Shown: positions 1 to 15,100 of the stretch, piece after piece
Numbering within the stretch: the first letter of the stretch is position 1
Layout of the letters: each line of letters begins with the position of its first letter
The notes under the pieces: generated by a model
Seen by the model: only the letters and a program-made list of their open reading frames with translations
Told to the model about the DNA's origin: nothing
Databases searched by the model: none
Position numbers and translations under genes: made by a program
NCBI RefSeq assembly: GCF_000150275.1
Contig: NW_002060944.1
Span: 7,888,735 to 7,952,734, forward strand
Direction: 5' to 3'
DNA length: 64,000 nucleotides
Source of the DNA: Trichoplax adhaerens
Lineage: Eukaryota > Animalia > Placozoa

Positions 1-47
1 TATGTATGAATAACATGATTAAAGGGATATCGAACTTCAAGAACCGT

Positions 48-369
48 TGTCACAACCCTCACTTGTGGCAAAGGAAAGTAAAGAACTCTAGTGTAGTTAC
101 TTAAAACTTGGGTTATTTCTCCCAGTACTTTCAGTTTCTATGAGAGAAGTATTTGAGAACTCGATTTCTCGGCTGATCTCCACAGATAACTGACTAATTA
201 TTACACTATTCTTCACGATATGAGTCTTGCCGTTTCTTGAGCAATTACCTTCTTTATTCTACAAACACACGCGCTTAAATAGGTTTCTACAGTGAATCCC
301 AATATTAACGAGTGAGAATTCATGCTTTATAAGTACATTAATTAGTATAATACCATTACTAAATATACA
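48..369 (-). mobile_element. Solo-LTR-like repeat, family copy
   Basis: Starts TGTCACAACCCTCACTTG, closely matching the reverse complement of the 21272 end (TGTCACAAATCTCACTTG) and the 61981 end. Reverse AATAAA near 253 and TATA-like TATTTAA near 280. Right boundary approximate. Confidence 0.5.
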
Positions 370-446
370 TGTCGATATTCTCAGACTTAGATAGCTACAA
401 GCTATCAGGTGTTAAGACGCTTAACCTTCGTCCATATACAGCTCAA

Positions 447-496
447 NNNNNNNNNNNNNNNNNNNNNNNNNNNNNNNNNNNNNNNNNNNNNNNNNN
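447..496. other. Assembly gap (50 N)
   Basis: Run of N; same size as the gaps at 6048 and 63045, so a placeholder length. Confidence 0.99.
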
Positions 497-1067
497 TTTA
501 ATAAAGTCCGTCTTATTTGAAAATGCATACCCCACAGTACAAAATATAACCTGCAATGACATTCATCTGAGTTTCAATTTTGATCAATTATACTGATTAA
601 TAATTAACCATGAGAACATATTGAGAGTGCTATCGAGAAGGCTATATTTTCTAATTCGATAAACTTTTTAAATATGCAATCGTCAAAGAATTTAAATGGA
701 CAATTTAACATATATATAACTTTATCAAACTTTTAGTTTCTACAATTTATGATAGAATATAATCAAAATGATGATCAAAACCTATCTTTAGTCACATTGT
801 AATTTATTACATATGGGGAGATATCGAAGCATACGTATTCTTTTTAATTTATGAAATGGATGAAGTCGGTCCATATTCAAATATGATAGTGATAGTAACA
901 GTTTGATGGTAATATCAAGTGGATCAGAGTCTTTCTCACTTTCTTGTTACAAGAATAATAATAATATATGTAATAGACTTCTTATTGGTAATAATTTTTC
1001 ATTTTTAGCCTTCTTTATTTGCTAATAAAATACATTCTGTTGATTGATAATTAAAATTAATATCTAG

Positions 1068-4000
1068 GTATGAAATCAAACTGTCTTATGAATGTAAGTT
1101 GCCCTTCTGAGTGCGTTTGTGAGACGTCCGTTATCAAATGTACCTTGTTCAGTATGCACTCAGTACCTATTTATATTAGACAAAATGAAGATGGATCAAA
1201 ATTTGAGAAGATGTAAGTGCATTTTAGACTGTTTCCAAGGATACAATAGTACTGTTGATGAGAATTTGAATTAAGCTTTCGATTACTCAAAGATGAATAT
1301 TCTGACAAGATAAAAGTGAATTTAGACTGTTTTCAAAGTTATGTCGGTACTGTTGATCGATATTTGAATTAAGCTTTTGGTTAATCGAAGATTAATAGAT
1401 TCTAAATTCTATAGTTTAGTAATTTCGGTACGTTAACGAGTGTATACTAATAATATTGATGCACAAATTTAGATATCATTAGATATTATTCCCAATTTAA
1501 AATACCAAACAACATTCACGCAGGGTAGTTCCAGCTGATATCATTTTAGATAAATTAAATCTCTCACTAGGATATGTATACTTCACAGTGTAAGTCGCTA
1601 CGTCAAGAATATTCACAAGTGCACCATCAGCGTTGGCCGAGACTATAAAAAGCCGAGCACTAGCTTAGCTGCTCAGTTCCATTTAATCACTTGCAGGATC
1701 ACTTGACTGTTATTGCTAAGAATATTCTTACGTTTTTCTTTAGTACATTTTACGACTAAGATTAACTCAAATAAAGTGAAGTAAATAAACCTATTGCTCA
1801 TTAGTAGCTTATTTGTGTAGCTGAGAGTTAGTTCAACTACGATAGGTCCCTAAGTTAGCTGGGAACACGAGTACTAGTGAAGATAGTGTTTAAGACCCGT
1901 TTTCTAGTTACAAAGGAGATTTGTAACAAATGGGTATGATTTTAATCAATTTTGAAACATTGACTTCAGTAACTTTAAATTTAAAATTGCTTTTCTCCAG
2001 GGTTATTAAAGATACATCAGTGAAAGAGTTAAGGAAAGGAAATTTCGTTGGTTATTCCGGTTTGAAATACTTGTCAGTGCAAATAAAATTAAATCGCCAT
2101 TTTCTTTCACAATTTTATTTATAAATGTAAACCTATCTAATTTTTTATTAAATGCCACGATTCCTTTTCTTATTGATTTTTTCTACATATAATTATGACA
2201 GGGACCTTTATAAAAATGATATTAACTATATCGAAGGTCAAAGTTTTGCGGGAATGAGCGCATTAAAAAAACTGTAAGTCATTCAAGTAATCACCTCATT
2301 CGCCTCTTTGCAATATAACCCTTAATAGCTTATGAAAATGCACCAAATAGATAGTTTTATGAATTTCCTAGTACGCGAATATGTACGTGTGAGATAGAGA
2401 GTAAAATTAGTCAAAATCTAATATGTTCTATATGCTAATGCTCTGATAAAATAGTAATAAGTAATGAATATTAGGAAATAATTCGGTATATAATCTGAAT
2501 TAAAAATTCAATTTAGAGTCTACTGTATCACCAAAAATAGGCAATACGCTCGTGCAAAATTAGTCTCAGTAATAATATAAATATTTTGTTTTGGCTGGGA
2601 AAACAATATCGTGAATTGTATAGTAATACTAATTTAAGTCATCGTAAGGGAAATCTACATTATATTTATTTCTTTAATGTAGAGATATATCCTCCAATTT
2701 TATCACAATGTTATCGCCAGAAATGTTTTACGGGTTGGCAGCTGTTACAGAAATGTTAGTTTTCGATATTGACGTACAGAACTGTTTCAAAATTGTTTTA
2801 ACGTGTCATCATCTGCGCATTATTGATGCATTCTATTGACAGGCTATATCTAAAAAATAAGTTGGATAAGACATTAGACAAGAAAAATATAATAAAGTTG
2901 ATTGTATTTCCGTCAGATAAATTGATTATGCTATAGGATAGATTTACTATTTATGGCTGCAGTCGCTCATTAATAAATCACATTATATAATCAAAGATGA
3001 TTTTTAAGCTTGATGAATGAATGTTTCGTTATATACGAGTATTTGTTTATTCTTGAAGAATAGATTCTTTGTGCTGGTTGGTATTACTATATATATGATT
3101 TGTACTCTAGTCGATTTTTTAAGCTCTTATAGTTATTAATACTTATACCATATATCATACTGATAACGACATCAGTTATAACTGAAGGTATTAAAATTGA
3201 TACGAGAATATACTAGTCAAAAATGCACATTTCGCAAAATCTTATTGATCTAGTAGCAGCCTATGCAGTTCTAAGTTGAACTTTATCAAATATCAGTAGC
3301 CATAAATGAATTATTTTTAATTCATTTCACCTATTTGGATTAGACTTGTGAAAGACAATCAAGTGGAAGCAATTGACGTTAACACCTTCAGAGAATTGAC
3401 CAACTTGAAAGTGCTGTTAAGTATTAACTAGAGTTTATAGGCAATTGCGTGCGTAATAATTAATTTAATTTACATTTAAAACTAGCTTCAAATATGCACT
3501 AGCGTAAGTTGATAAAATGATTCATAAGATCTACCGTTTTCTAATTTAATGAAAATTAAAAATTATCATTTAATTATTTACCTTATTTATTAAAACTATT
3601 ATTTGATTTTATAGGGCATTAGATGGCAATAAAATTGATCGCATCGATCCCATGATTTTTTATTACAACAAAAATTTAACAAATTTGTAAGTTAATAGCG
3701 TAGACTATGCTTAAACAATTAAGAAATACGCCTTGATACATAAAATATATCACTAGTTTAGTATATAATAAGTTTTTAGCAAAGCATATGATATTTAATA
3801 TCCTTTCATAAGTGACCTATAATATGTTATTATCGAACTTACAGTAACTAAAAACATTTTAATGCTATTTCTTCTTTAATTGCGAATACTGCGGATGCAT
3901 ACATATATAATATATGGATAATAAATTCAAATTTTAAGACATTTATTTCTCTTGTTATATGAGACAATAAACGATTGGTCTACTACTGCATTATGTATTA

Positions 4001-6097
4001 CCTATTTGCTAGACAATATTCTTTATTGCGTTTTAAAATTTATTTCTAGAGGCTTGAAATATAACAGAATTCGCCACTTAACACCTGCATTCACCACGCT
4101 GAAAAGACTTAAGATTCTGTAAGAACTAAAATAAAGTTTAATTTCCATTACTGCGTTAAAATACAAATTATTGCATTATTCGTAATAAGCTGCCAAGTCT
4201 CAAATTTACTGCAGTCTGTGGAATAGCTTTCAAAATGAGATTAGTCTTGATAATCAAGAGTCTAAGGTTATTTGATTGGTTCAAACCAGTTTTTTCTAAG
4301 AATAAATTAGAAATAAATCTATTAGTCTACAAAGCTTAGGAGCACTTATTCCCCTAACTTCAATTCTTACGGTGAGATGATTACCTTTACTTTTGTGTTA
4401 AACCTAAAATAGGGTACGAATTTTATTATACTACTTGTCGAACTTCTATTCTCGTCGGTAGTAGTTATATGAAACAGTAGCGGTAGTATTTCCTAAAACC
4501 CTAGAGAAAGATTTACAGTTAAATTTTTAATTAATACAGCGAAGTTGGTGGCTATTAGTTATCGATATCTATGACCAATTCTATATAATCGAATTAAGAC
4601 ATATTGGCAGAATCATTTATGATATACAACCTACCATCCATTAAAATTACTATCACAATAGCTCATAATATAACCAGTTAATGTCAATACGCATGTGAAA
4701 ATACCAGTAACATACTTGCATAATTTTCTATTGTGTAATCGAATTCATTACGATTTTTCTCGTACTGTAAATATTTTATCTTCATTAATATAAGAATATG
4801 AACTTCATAAAATTTAAAAATCTATCCTTCACGTTAGTTAGAGCTGTAACACTTTAATTTGCTATTGCATCACTTATATGCTAAAAGTAAATTCTATCAT
4901 ACTAAACTCTTTTTTAAACAATTAATAGAATAATAGTTCTAATGTTAAAAGAAAATGAGCAAAATTAATACTACTATTTTTTCATCTTGTCTTGAATAGA
5001 CAGTTGTCTAATAACCCTTTGGTTTACCTTCCTCACGCTGCTCTTTTTGGATTAATGAGTTTAGATGTTCTGTAAGTAGCAATTGTACGATCGAAGCTAA
5101 ATTACAGTAGCGACCTTACTGCTATCTGAAACGATACTTAATTAGTGCTATTTATTGATCTCTTAATTAAAGCTAACAACTACAATGGATTAAAAAGTAC
5201 ATTAAAATTAATTATATTATTTCTTTAATGGATCAAGTATAATTCTATCCTATGATTATTAGATATCATTAGTCTTAAATGATAATTATAGTATTATTTG
5301 ATTATATGCAAATTTCCAATATGAAATAAGTAGAAATTTTGTTCACATGTAATTGGTAGTCTATCTTTTATTTTTACAACAGCCTCTTGTAAATTTTCAA
5401 ATTGTAGAAGAACTATTTCTTATTAATTCCTACAAAAATTAATAAACTACAATATAGATATGTTGGAGGCAGAAATTTTAAAGGCTTTCTTCCAGGCAGT
5501 TTGAGTCATCTGCGAGAATTAAAATCAATGTAGGCTAATATTTAAGTTTTAATTTTCGGAAATCATAATATCAGTTACGATAATCGGTTTACAGTAATGG
5601 CTGTCATCATCTTCCGGAAGACGTTTATTTTATATTAATTATTTTGTGTTATTTTAAGATAAAATAAAGAAATTTTATCTAGTTTTTAGTTCGATATTTT
5701 ACTAAAAAGTAAAATTAAAACAGTTATTATTTTGATTAACCTGGTAGATGGGTTGACTTTCACAACTATTCAATATCACAAATAACCAAACAAACGATTT
5801 CTGGTCTACCAGCATTGATCACATTGTAAGTCAATTTTAAGTGAATGAGCTGGTATACTTAATTAATATAACTGCATCATAATTATATAGTTCACATATA
5901 TAATAAGGCGAATAAAGTGTTTTTATATATCATTTTGAATATCCCCTAACGATATTTATTTTTTGGTTTAAATATATTTATTCATATAGCAATCTTTCAA
6001 AATATACTCAAACGGCTTATAACACATTTTTATTCTCATTGTGACCTNNNNNNNNNNNNNNNNNNNNNNNNNNNNNNNNNNNNNNNNNNNNNNNNNN

Positions 6098-6135
<38 letters not shown>

Positions 6136-9100
6136 TATACGATATATAGCAAGTATGATATACTTTACAGAAAATTGAATATCACTGTCATAGCCGAGAT
6201 TACAACACAAAAATAACGGGACTCTTTCCTCTAAAGTGGTCTTAACTATCTAAGCATTAACTCTAAGCACTCTTTAATCTATCAAACCTAGATTCGAGTC
6301 TTAGACGATAGAATACTCACGTTAAGGATCAAAACTTTATTCTAAAAGCCATTTTTTAAAATGACCGATTGAACTCACAACTTACAATCTAGTACTAACA
6401 TTTGGTAACCATCTGTTATCGACTAACTTATCAACTCCCTCAATGAAGAACTTTGAGACTTCCAAATAGCCTCACAAACTTCATTGGTGCAAAACAATAA
6501 TAAATTTATAGCCAAGCCTACAGGCTGAATATCGCAAGAATCATAACACAGATTCTACAATATTCAATCGTAATTAATTAATGGCTTGGTGTTAACATAC
6601 GATTCATTACTCAACAAAATTATATCATTGATGACGCAACAATTAATTAATTTTCACAATTTCATAATGTCTTATATTGATTATATATCTTATTATATTG
6701 ATTTTCAGCAACGTAAGAAATTGCAGAGGTATTTATCGCATTGAAAGTGGTGCATTTCATGGATTAAAAGAGCTAAGAACTGTGTAAGACTTTCCATTGA
6801 TTATATATCAATAATTGCATATTCTTGACAACTACATCAAACAGTAAGAATTGAGTATGATTTAATTCATGGAAATAAAGATAAAATAGGAATAGCTACT
6901 TGTACATAAATGATAAAAATTACCAAATCTCAAATTCTCGAGATAAAATGATCATTTATAAAGCTTTTACAGTTTCCGTATAAATAATAAATTTTCAAAA
7001 GAAACTCCGAGATTTAATATAGCTTCGATTATAGTAAGGCTTTCAATGAGCGTTTTAAAGGAGTATCTAGTAAAATTAGCAATAAGAATTGTTGCTCCTT
7101 ATTTGTGGTAGGTAAGATTTTATGTAACTTACCAGCTATTATTCAGTGCAAATACAGCCGTAGAGATTTAGTACCGTAGTTTACTAGTGTTTATTGTTAT
7201 ATATTATTTATTATTGCTATAAAGTTAGATAATCAATTAGTAGAATTTTAAATTCGACAAGCTCTTAAAATAAGGATTATATTGTTGCTATCTATTTACA
7301 TAACTATTTCTGATATACGTACCAAGTTTAATAGCTTTAATTCAGTTTATTGTTAGTAATTTTACGTTAGAAGTTCTTATAGTGCAATAAAAATCAAGAG
7401 TGGCATATATAATGGTATGCTACCATATTTTAAATATAAAAGATAAGTAGATAATATTTTGGTAGATTATCCATTAATATTAAAACATTTATTCCAGCAA
7501 TAGTAAGGACATGACAAGCATCAAAGTTTTCGATATATTAATTTCAGTCGATTCTATGTTTGCTTTCAGAATTATGGTTTATACAAGTTTGAATAAGCTT
7601 CTTAATGGGACATTCAGTAATCTACCTAAGTTAAAAGATTTGTACGTTTCAAATTAACGGCGACTGCGTAATGAATATCTAAAATTTACTTAAAAGGAAA
7701 AGAGCTAATTTTTTACCTTAACATTCTGAAGTATAAAGTTGCTCATAAGTCAAAATTTTCTTGTAGTACAGCTGTTAAATTTATTATTCGCAACATTAAA
7801 TTATCTTATATTACGCCTATTACATTATCAAAAAAGATTTTATTTGTAAGTTTAATCTTACAGCTAGATGTTCACAGTCTTATCATTAGCAATTTGCAAA
7901 TATTATAATTCAGATAAACAATAATTGAAAATCATTAAGCTAGCCTAAGAAATTAGTCAGAGGAGGGTTTCTTGCAGATTTTTAGTAATGGTACAAGTAA
8001 TACAACTTATTTTGATTTTCTGTAGGGTTTGAAATAGACGAGATAATTATTACACATAAATATAATTTTAGGGAGTCGATATAAGTTTGCGTTCTATTAA
8101 CAAATATAATAATATTTTCATAGAAATCTGCATATGAATAATATTGAAAAAGTCGAAGAAGGAGTATTTGCTGGTTCTAATAACATCAAGACGATGTAGG
8201 AATTATATTTATATTTTAATATTTATAAATATAACTTAATTTTAAATCTAGACTGCTTTTCATATTTTGATCTAAGATCTTAAAATTTTTAAATATCTCA
8301 TATGATTAAAAGCTATTTAAATAGCAACAGCATTCGCGTTATTCCAAAATTACTCTTCGAAAATCTATCTATATTACGGGAGATGTAAGCTTAACACATT
8401 TCTATTGATTACTAATCTTAAAATATTATTTACTGTGATAATTTCATAGCCAATCCACGGATATTTTTAATTTATATCAATAGAGATCTATCTAATAATC
8501 GAATTGAAAGAATTGCAGATAGAGCTTTTAGTGATTTACATAGCTTAACAAAGCTGTAGGTCAAGTATTAATGACTGTAATGAATTTACTTCAATATATT
8601 TATGTAACCTTAATCATTCTGTAGTAGTACAGAAATCTAATAAGAGGTTCATGCGCTCATGCTAATTACTGTCCATAAGAGAATGGGTCTAATGGAGATG
8701 ATTAGCGAGTTTTAAAATGTGCAAGCTGGATTAAATTCTTTTTCCATTTTCATTAAGGTACCTGCAAAGAAATATGATTGGAGAAATCACATCGGAAATG
8801 TTTCAAGGCCTATCAAGTCTTCAATTACTGTAAACTCTATGTTTAATCTATAAAATAGTTGTTGATTATAGTTTGTTTATTTTTACTTACTTGCAAGTGA
8901 ATTGTTATATTTTATTGTCTTGTGCTATTACTAAATATTCTGTAAATCCTTCATTACATAATATTGTAATCAAAATAATTTTATAAGTACAGAGGAAGAA
9001 CTTTGATCATTATGGAGTTCAATTTCTTACACTAATGTTATTTGACGAAAATTTATATCTTCTCCAGTAAACTATCATCGAATCAGATAACTAAATTAAG

Positions 9101-12100
9101 CAGCTACGGCTTATCCACGTTAGTCTCGGTTGTATCTCTGTAAGTTTTATTATGATACATTAACATAGTCAAGCTAAGGTGAAGCTTGGAATTTTCCTAT
9201 GATAAAGCTTATACTTGGTTAACCTATTAGAGAGCTTTCAAGTAATGTTATCCAAAATATTGAGAGTGATACATTTGCTGGGCTTATCAAACTTAAAAAT
9301 TTGTGAGTATTAGCTATAAATGGGATTACATGCATTACTGTATATATTATAATTCTATTATTACTGAGTAAGATTAAATCAGGTAACATTTCATAGGCAC
9401 AGTGTGCTAATGATATTAGTGATCAAATTGTTTTAGTTCATATTTCAGAATGCTTTAATTATCCATAATCATTGCCTACTTAGGGTATTATCGAGTAACA
9501 ATATCCATCGGGTGAAGAAACATGCTTTCTCTAATCTACCCGAACTGGAATCATTGTATGTAGAATATTGGTAACAAATAAATAGAGTATCAGCTAATGC
9601 ATCATACCATAAAGTTTTATAAATTGACTATAATTAATTTAGGAATCTGGATCACAATCTTATCCATTTAATAGAAGCGTGTGCTTTTAATAGATTGAAG
9701 AAATTAAGAATATTGTAAGTATTGTACAAACTTATAGAATTGTACAATTGTACAAGCCTTCACGCGATATTCTACATTAATTTGGATGACGAGCCGAAAA
9801 TAGATACAATAATTACTTGACACTATTGCAGGCAACTGAACGGAAATAATTTACCATTTATCAATGATGGAATGTTTCATCGATTACACAATTTGCAAGC
9901 TTTGTAAGAATATTTTCCATCAATATTCTTGATCAATACTGCGTTTGTACTTTTAAGTAAAGCTTAGATTCAATTTCCTTCTCTATAAAAGATTAAATGA
10001 TAAGTAATCGTACGATACTTAAACTTACTTTCTTAGGGAATTATCCAGCAATCAAATTGACCATCTGGAAATTAGTGATATGCAATCGCTACCCAGCTTA
10101 ACTGCATTGTAATTGATGATAAAATAATTAATTAATAAATATGCTTCAGTATTTGTGGCTTATAAAATTTACTTTGAAATAAAACAGCCAAAACTAAAAG
10201 TTGCCATAGTACCATATTCGTAAAAATATTTTATAATTTGTATTAACGAATACGTACATTGATGATATACAGAAATTTAGCAAATAATTTACTCAGTAAT
10301 ATTTCTTCCGCGAGCATGAAAGGATTATCTCATTTGAAAACTTTGTAAGTTATTCAGAATTATTTGAAAGTATTTATTTTCATGAAATAAGGGGATAAAC
10401 AAATATACGATATTAAGCAGTAATTTTACATACTATTTTCGTAGATGGCTTGATGAAAACAGATTTTCTTCTCTAAAATTTGCCGATGAAATTAAGCTGC
10501 TGAATCTTACCCATCTGTAAGTGCGAAAATCAGTACGTACTTAGAAACGTTAAGAACTCTAGTATATATGTTATATATTTGAGTGGATAAAGGAATATAA
10601 ATTATAATTTTTGATTCGCTGTTTTGTAAGAAGATTAAAATCATCACCATTTTGTTTACAGATATCTAAGAAATAATCAGATTTTGTTGTCAAAACACAT
10701 ACTCCTAAAAGGCTTACCTCAATTGGAGACATTGTAAGTTGTTTAAAAGATGATGGATATATAACTGATAAAAAATAATTGCAATATATTTTCAAGTGTA
10801 AATATCTATAATTGCATAATGCGTACTAAATGAATCTTAGTGTCTTACTTATTTGATGTTAATAGATAATAAATAAGTATAATTCAAATATTATCTACAA
10901 TATACCGGGTGCAGTTTATATTTATCATCTTTAATAGTATAGAGGGTAAAAATTAAGATTAAATGCTTATAAAAATGTTATGTCCCTTAGAGCTCTGGAT
11001 GGAAATTTTATTACACACTACGAAAATCTCTTATTGGGTGAAAATGCTAATGTCAGCTATTTGTAAGATTATAAATCATTCTTTATCTTCTTCAATTGAT
11101 GACATATTATTACTAGTAAATCTGTTTCAATAGCTGTGACTGCCATTTTCAATATCAATTTTGAAATGCACATTGCCTTAGTTCATATTATTAGAGTATA
11201 CAGCTACTGCTATTAGCTAGAATCGCTACACTGCAATAGTTTATTTAATTTGTTTTAGATTTATTAATAAATAATATTGTTATATGTACGCGTATCATCG
11301 AAAATTTGAAAAAACCTATTTTTGATCCAATTTGTAATCATTGTGTCTATAGGGGCTTCTCTAGAAATAAAATTAAAACAATTTGGCACCGGCCAAATGA
11401 AAAAATTAATTGTACATACCTGTAAGCTATTATAAAATCCTATAGTTGGCTTATAATAGATAATAATAAATAATAGCAAAATCACTTAAAAATGTACGTC
11501 AAATTTAAACCATGTTTTACAATCTCTACGGATATATTAGTGATTAAATTGGCAATCTTACACTCAATATTTCAATGTCTTACACTAATTTATTTCCATT
11601 CTAGAGATTTATCTCATAATATGTTAGAGGTTATACCCTATTTTGAAACAAAGGATTATGTTCAAGTTTTGTAAGTGGTTAGAATTGTAAAGGGTATTTT
11701 ATAGGCATTATATTTGAATATGATTTTACCTTAAATGAAATTGATTTATGCTTGCTTATATCTTATTTATTTTTAAACATTTAAATTATGGACTAGAAAT
11801 TTGTCCTATAATGCCATTTATGATCTAAGTGCGACTGATTCATCTAAATCAATAACTTTTGAAGCGATGTAAGTTTGGAAAATGTTAAAACTATTTACCA
11901 ATTAATTATCGCTGTACATTGTAATAAATTCAATTTTTATTTTATTTGCATCTCAGCGATCTAAGCGGAAACTTAATAAAAAGTATCCCTCTTAAATTCT
12001 TTTCACGAATGCCATTTCATGAGAGCTTGAAAGAAATGTATTTGATTAATTAAATAATATTTTTTTAACAGTTTGCAATAATTACCGTCATCTTATTGAT

Positions 12101-15100
12101 TGTTTTTGTATTATTAATCATTATCTCAATTTGCTAATACTTTACGCATTTTAATTTTAGATATTTATCCAGAAATCGTTTAAGCAATCTCGAAGAAACT
12201 TGTTTTATTTCATTATTGCAACTGGAAAAACTGTAAGGATGAAAGTTTAAATTTTAGTAGCTTTTAAATCCATCGAAATGTATCTTACAAGATATTTATT
12301 CGGGATATTTTCATGGCCTACCGCATAAAGATTTATGCGGTATATTGAGTTTATAACTGATAGTACCAAAATGGTAAAAAAACTTAAACTTAAATTATAT
12401 TTATGGTCGTTTATACGGCTAGTCAAAAAATATATAAAATTTTAAAGTATTGACTTCAAGTTCAAATTTAATTGAAAAACGAAATTATTTCCATATTATC
12501 TGGCCAAATCAAAAATGATTGTAGCTATAATCTTCATATATCATTAATATATAACTATTTTACGTCGATATTTCGTTTTTAGAGACCTAAGCACGAACTA
12601 CCTGTCAGAAATGAACTTTTTAAGGCATCTACGCGAGCTGAGATATTTGTACGGTTACGCAATGATTGTAGCTAAGTACAACAGACATTTGTTACAGCTT
12701 GATATAATGTTTATATACCTCAAACTATTTACTAGTATTATAAGTAATTCTATCGAAAAATTAGTACTTAAGCAAAGTTTACCTGTGTGATGGAGGGTTC
12801 AATATCTCAGAGGATTGAGATTTAGTCGCCATTTACAATTATTACAACAAAGGGTTCATAAAAGTTATGCTTTATTGTAGGTTAGTAATGTGAAGTACAG
12901 TGAGGTAGTTACGGTAGATCAGCGTGCAAGCTGTCGTGAGTAACGAGTAGAAGTATTAGACTGTGAGAGACTAACTAGAAGACTAACTGAGAGGCTAATG
13001 ATCTCTGAGGTAGAAATCGCCGGTATTTATAGTTTTAAAGATAGAGCACATGCAGAGGATAGGATTGTGGAATTAGATACAACATATACCATAACAGGTT
13101 ACAAAATAGCAGATGATTGTAGAAAACAGCGAGTACCTTAATAACTAAATACAGTAGTCTATATATGAATGTAGAGTAAGCGGACTGTAGATCTGTCTAA
13201 ATATAAGAGCAATACAACATGTCTATATTTAAGAGTAGAATATAGTTACAGTATATTCTAAATACACTCAACCTGATATTCTATAACAATGTAATATATA
13301 TTATATACCCCAAATTATTTGCTATTATTATACCATGATATCAAAAAATTAGTATCTAAGCACAGATACTTGATAATTCTGCAACATTATAATATACATA
13401 CTCTAGACTATTTACTATTATTATCAAAAATTATATCAAAAAACTAACAATTTAGCTACTTGATATTTCTACAACAATTTACTTTCTGTCTGTAGGAGTT
13501 TGGATAATAATTTTATTGCCAAAGTTAATAAGGATTGTATTAGAAATCTTACTTCATTGACAGAGCTGTAAGTATATGTGCGAGTATACGACATGTTAAG
13601 CACGAAAGTCTGATAGAATGTTAAAGGGAAGAGGGTGGAGATTTACTTTAAAATCTTCTTCGCACTGGATTCGATTTGCGCATTTGCTTTCTATTTTATC
13701 ATCTGATTTAAATTTATATTTTAATACTAAGAATAAAGAGTATTTTCTAACTGAGAATTCTCTAACATGCAGACTCCGGTCTAAAACTGAAATAATTCTC
13801 TCCTACAGTTATATAGGCATGTTACCAATAATACTAATGCAATCCTTTTTTAATATTAACAGAAGATTAAGGCGAAATCTAATACGGCGATTAAAAACGG
13901 GCACTTTTAACTTTAACAATTCTATCCAATGTCTGTAAGCATATTATGTCATATATTAAAATCCAATGCTGTATCTTCAGTTCTATGCATGAGCAGCATC
14001 TAGAAGAATAAAATTTTTAATCATTTAATGTCAATTTTTAGCACTGGCTATCAATAAAATTGTTATTATTGTGACCGGTTTTATTTCTGTAGAGGGCACA
14101 TGGGTGAACAAAAAGTATAATTCGATATGATTAAGGTAGTAAACGATTCTTGGTCTATATGTTTTTAGGGATTTCTCTTGGAATATGATTAAGTACATTG
14201 AAGAAGAAGCATTAATAGGCCTTGACAAACTCCAAATACTGTAAGATTAAAAATGATGAAAGCATTGATAAAAAATGTACAGTAGTAACAGTAATAATAA
14301 ATTTGGTTAAGGATTTGATACCTTACATATATTATGTAATTTTCGTTAAGGTAGTGGGTTAAATGGATAGTACGGTTAAGTTTTACTCCATAGCAATAAG
14401 ATACAATATCCTATCATTAGATGTGGGATATTATAATTTAAAAAATTTAACCCTATTTTCCATAGGCGACTTGATCATAACCGGATTATAACTCCTACTA
14501 ATCTTCTTACCAGATCTTTACAAAAATTGGAAATATTGTTAGTAAATTATTAATGTTTTTGTTATCCCAGAATCGATAAAATTAACATAATTTTGTTTAT
14601 AGGTACCTACGCGATAATCAAATAGAACATTTGCGAGAAGATGTCTTCAGCAATTTGATCTCAATTAAGGAAATGTAAGCGTTACTTGGATGAAACATCT
14701 CATTAATGTCTTTCTGGTTTGTAACTAAATAAAATTCTAATAAAACAACTTCCTTATTAGTTATCTTGACGGCAATAAAATGGACAGTTTGATCGATGTA
14801 ACTTTCACCCGATTAGCTCGTTTAACGATTTTGTAAGTATAACAGATGGTGGTGAGCAGAAGCTGATCAGAGTAATTATAGATCGAAGAAACGATATATC
14901 TGTATTTTTAAAGTTGCTAGGCTAGCTAATATAAATAGCTATTAATCTATGGGATTGAATTTACATTTAATGGCGTATCAATGTAAATATCTTTGATTTA
15001 TAAAGCAATATCTTTTATTATATTTTTAATTAAGCTCTGCAAGCAGGAATAAAATTAAAGAATTCGTTTGCCATCGATTCTACAGTGGCATCAGGGGAAG

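Noticed and set aside
11259-11333. 75-bp AG...GT segment resembling an LRR exon
   Set aside because: Stop in the required frame, and only 19 nt to the next real exon at 11353.
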